In this document: one piece after another, positions 63,896-64,000 of the stretch | Numbering within the stretch: position 1 is the stretch's first letter | Layout: every line of letters starts with the position of its first letter | IMG/VR virus record: IMGVR_UViG_3300033073_001248 | Span: 1-64,000 of that record | Length of the DNA stretch: 64,000 bases | Origin: a virus | Lineage: Duplodnaviria > Caudoviricetes | Strand: one strand, 5' to 3' | Made by a program: the position numbers and the translations under genes | The notes under the pieces: generated by a model | Database searches by the model: none | What the model was told of the DNA's origin: nothing | The model's input: only the letters and a program-made list of their open reading frames with translations

Positions 63896-64000
63896 TTTAA
63901 GTCAAAAAATCATATACAATCACTAGATGTTTAATGCGGTTCAAGATTATACCGTAAGTTTGTTGCCTTCTAAAAGAAGACGCAGCCAAAGCGGTTGGCA

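Overview
The window is a 64-kb piece of a large, AT-rich, T4-like tailed-phage genome that uses the standard genetic code. Its small conserved ORFs resemble uncultured freshwater Caudoviricetes; that origin is an inference and the host cannot be read from the sequence. Layout: (1) 1-3.5 kb, recombination genes (gp32 SSB, uvsX, uvsY). (2) 5.0-17.4 kb, an RNA island with 30 free-standing tRNA genes covering all 20 amino acids, a probable ~890-nt GOLLD RNA with an embedded tRNA-Arg(TCT)-like domain, many further structured non-coding segments, a GGQ mini release factor, and AT-rich oxygenase/radical-SAM/HNH genes inserted between tRNAs. (3) 17.5-28.8 kb, phosphatases, B12-type radical SAMs, two fatty-acid desaturases and NadE. 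(4) 28.8-39.5 kb, a rare-sugar pathway (NeuB-like, ThDP enzyme, SDR, DHQS-like, kinase, methyltransferases, dehydratase, RfbH/DdhC). (5) 39.9-52 kb, early hypotheticals, an AAA ATPase, uvsW, a gp62-like clamp loader and a mini DnaE-like protein. (6) 52-64 kb, tail-fibre and virion genes. The two best candidates for an undescribed system are inside the RNA island. The first is a near-leaderless 47-codon leader peptide containing all 20 amino acids, coupled to mutually exclusive antiterminator and terminator hairpins; it may be a general translation-failure attenuator. The second is six ~18-bp 'carrier' stems sharing AAACACA...TGTGTTT that each enclose a different small structured RNA. All coordinates were counted by hand and all RNA structures are by-eye pairings. 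No database or folding computation was run.
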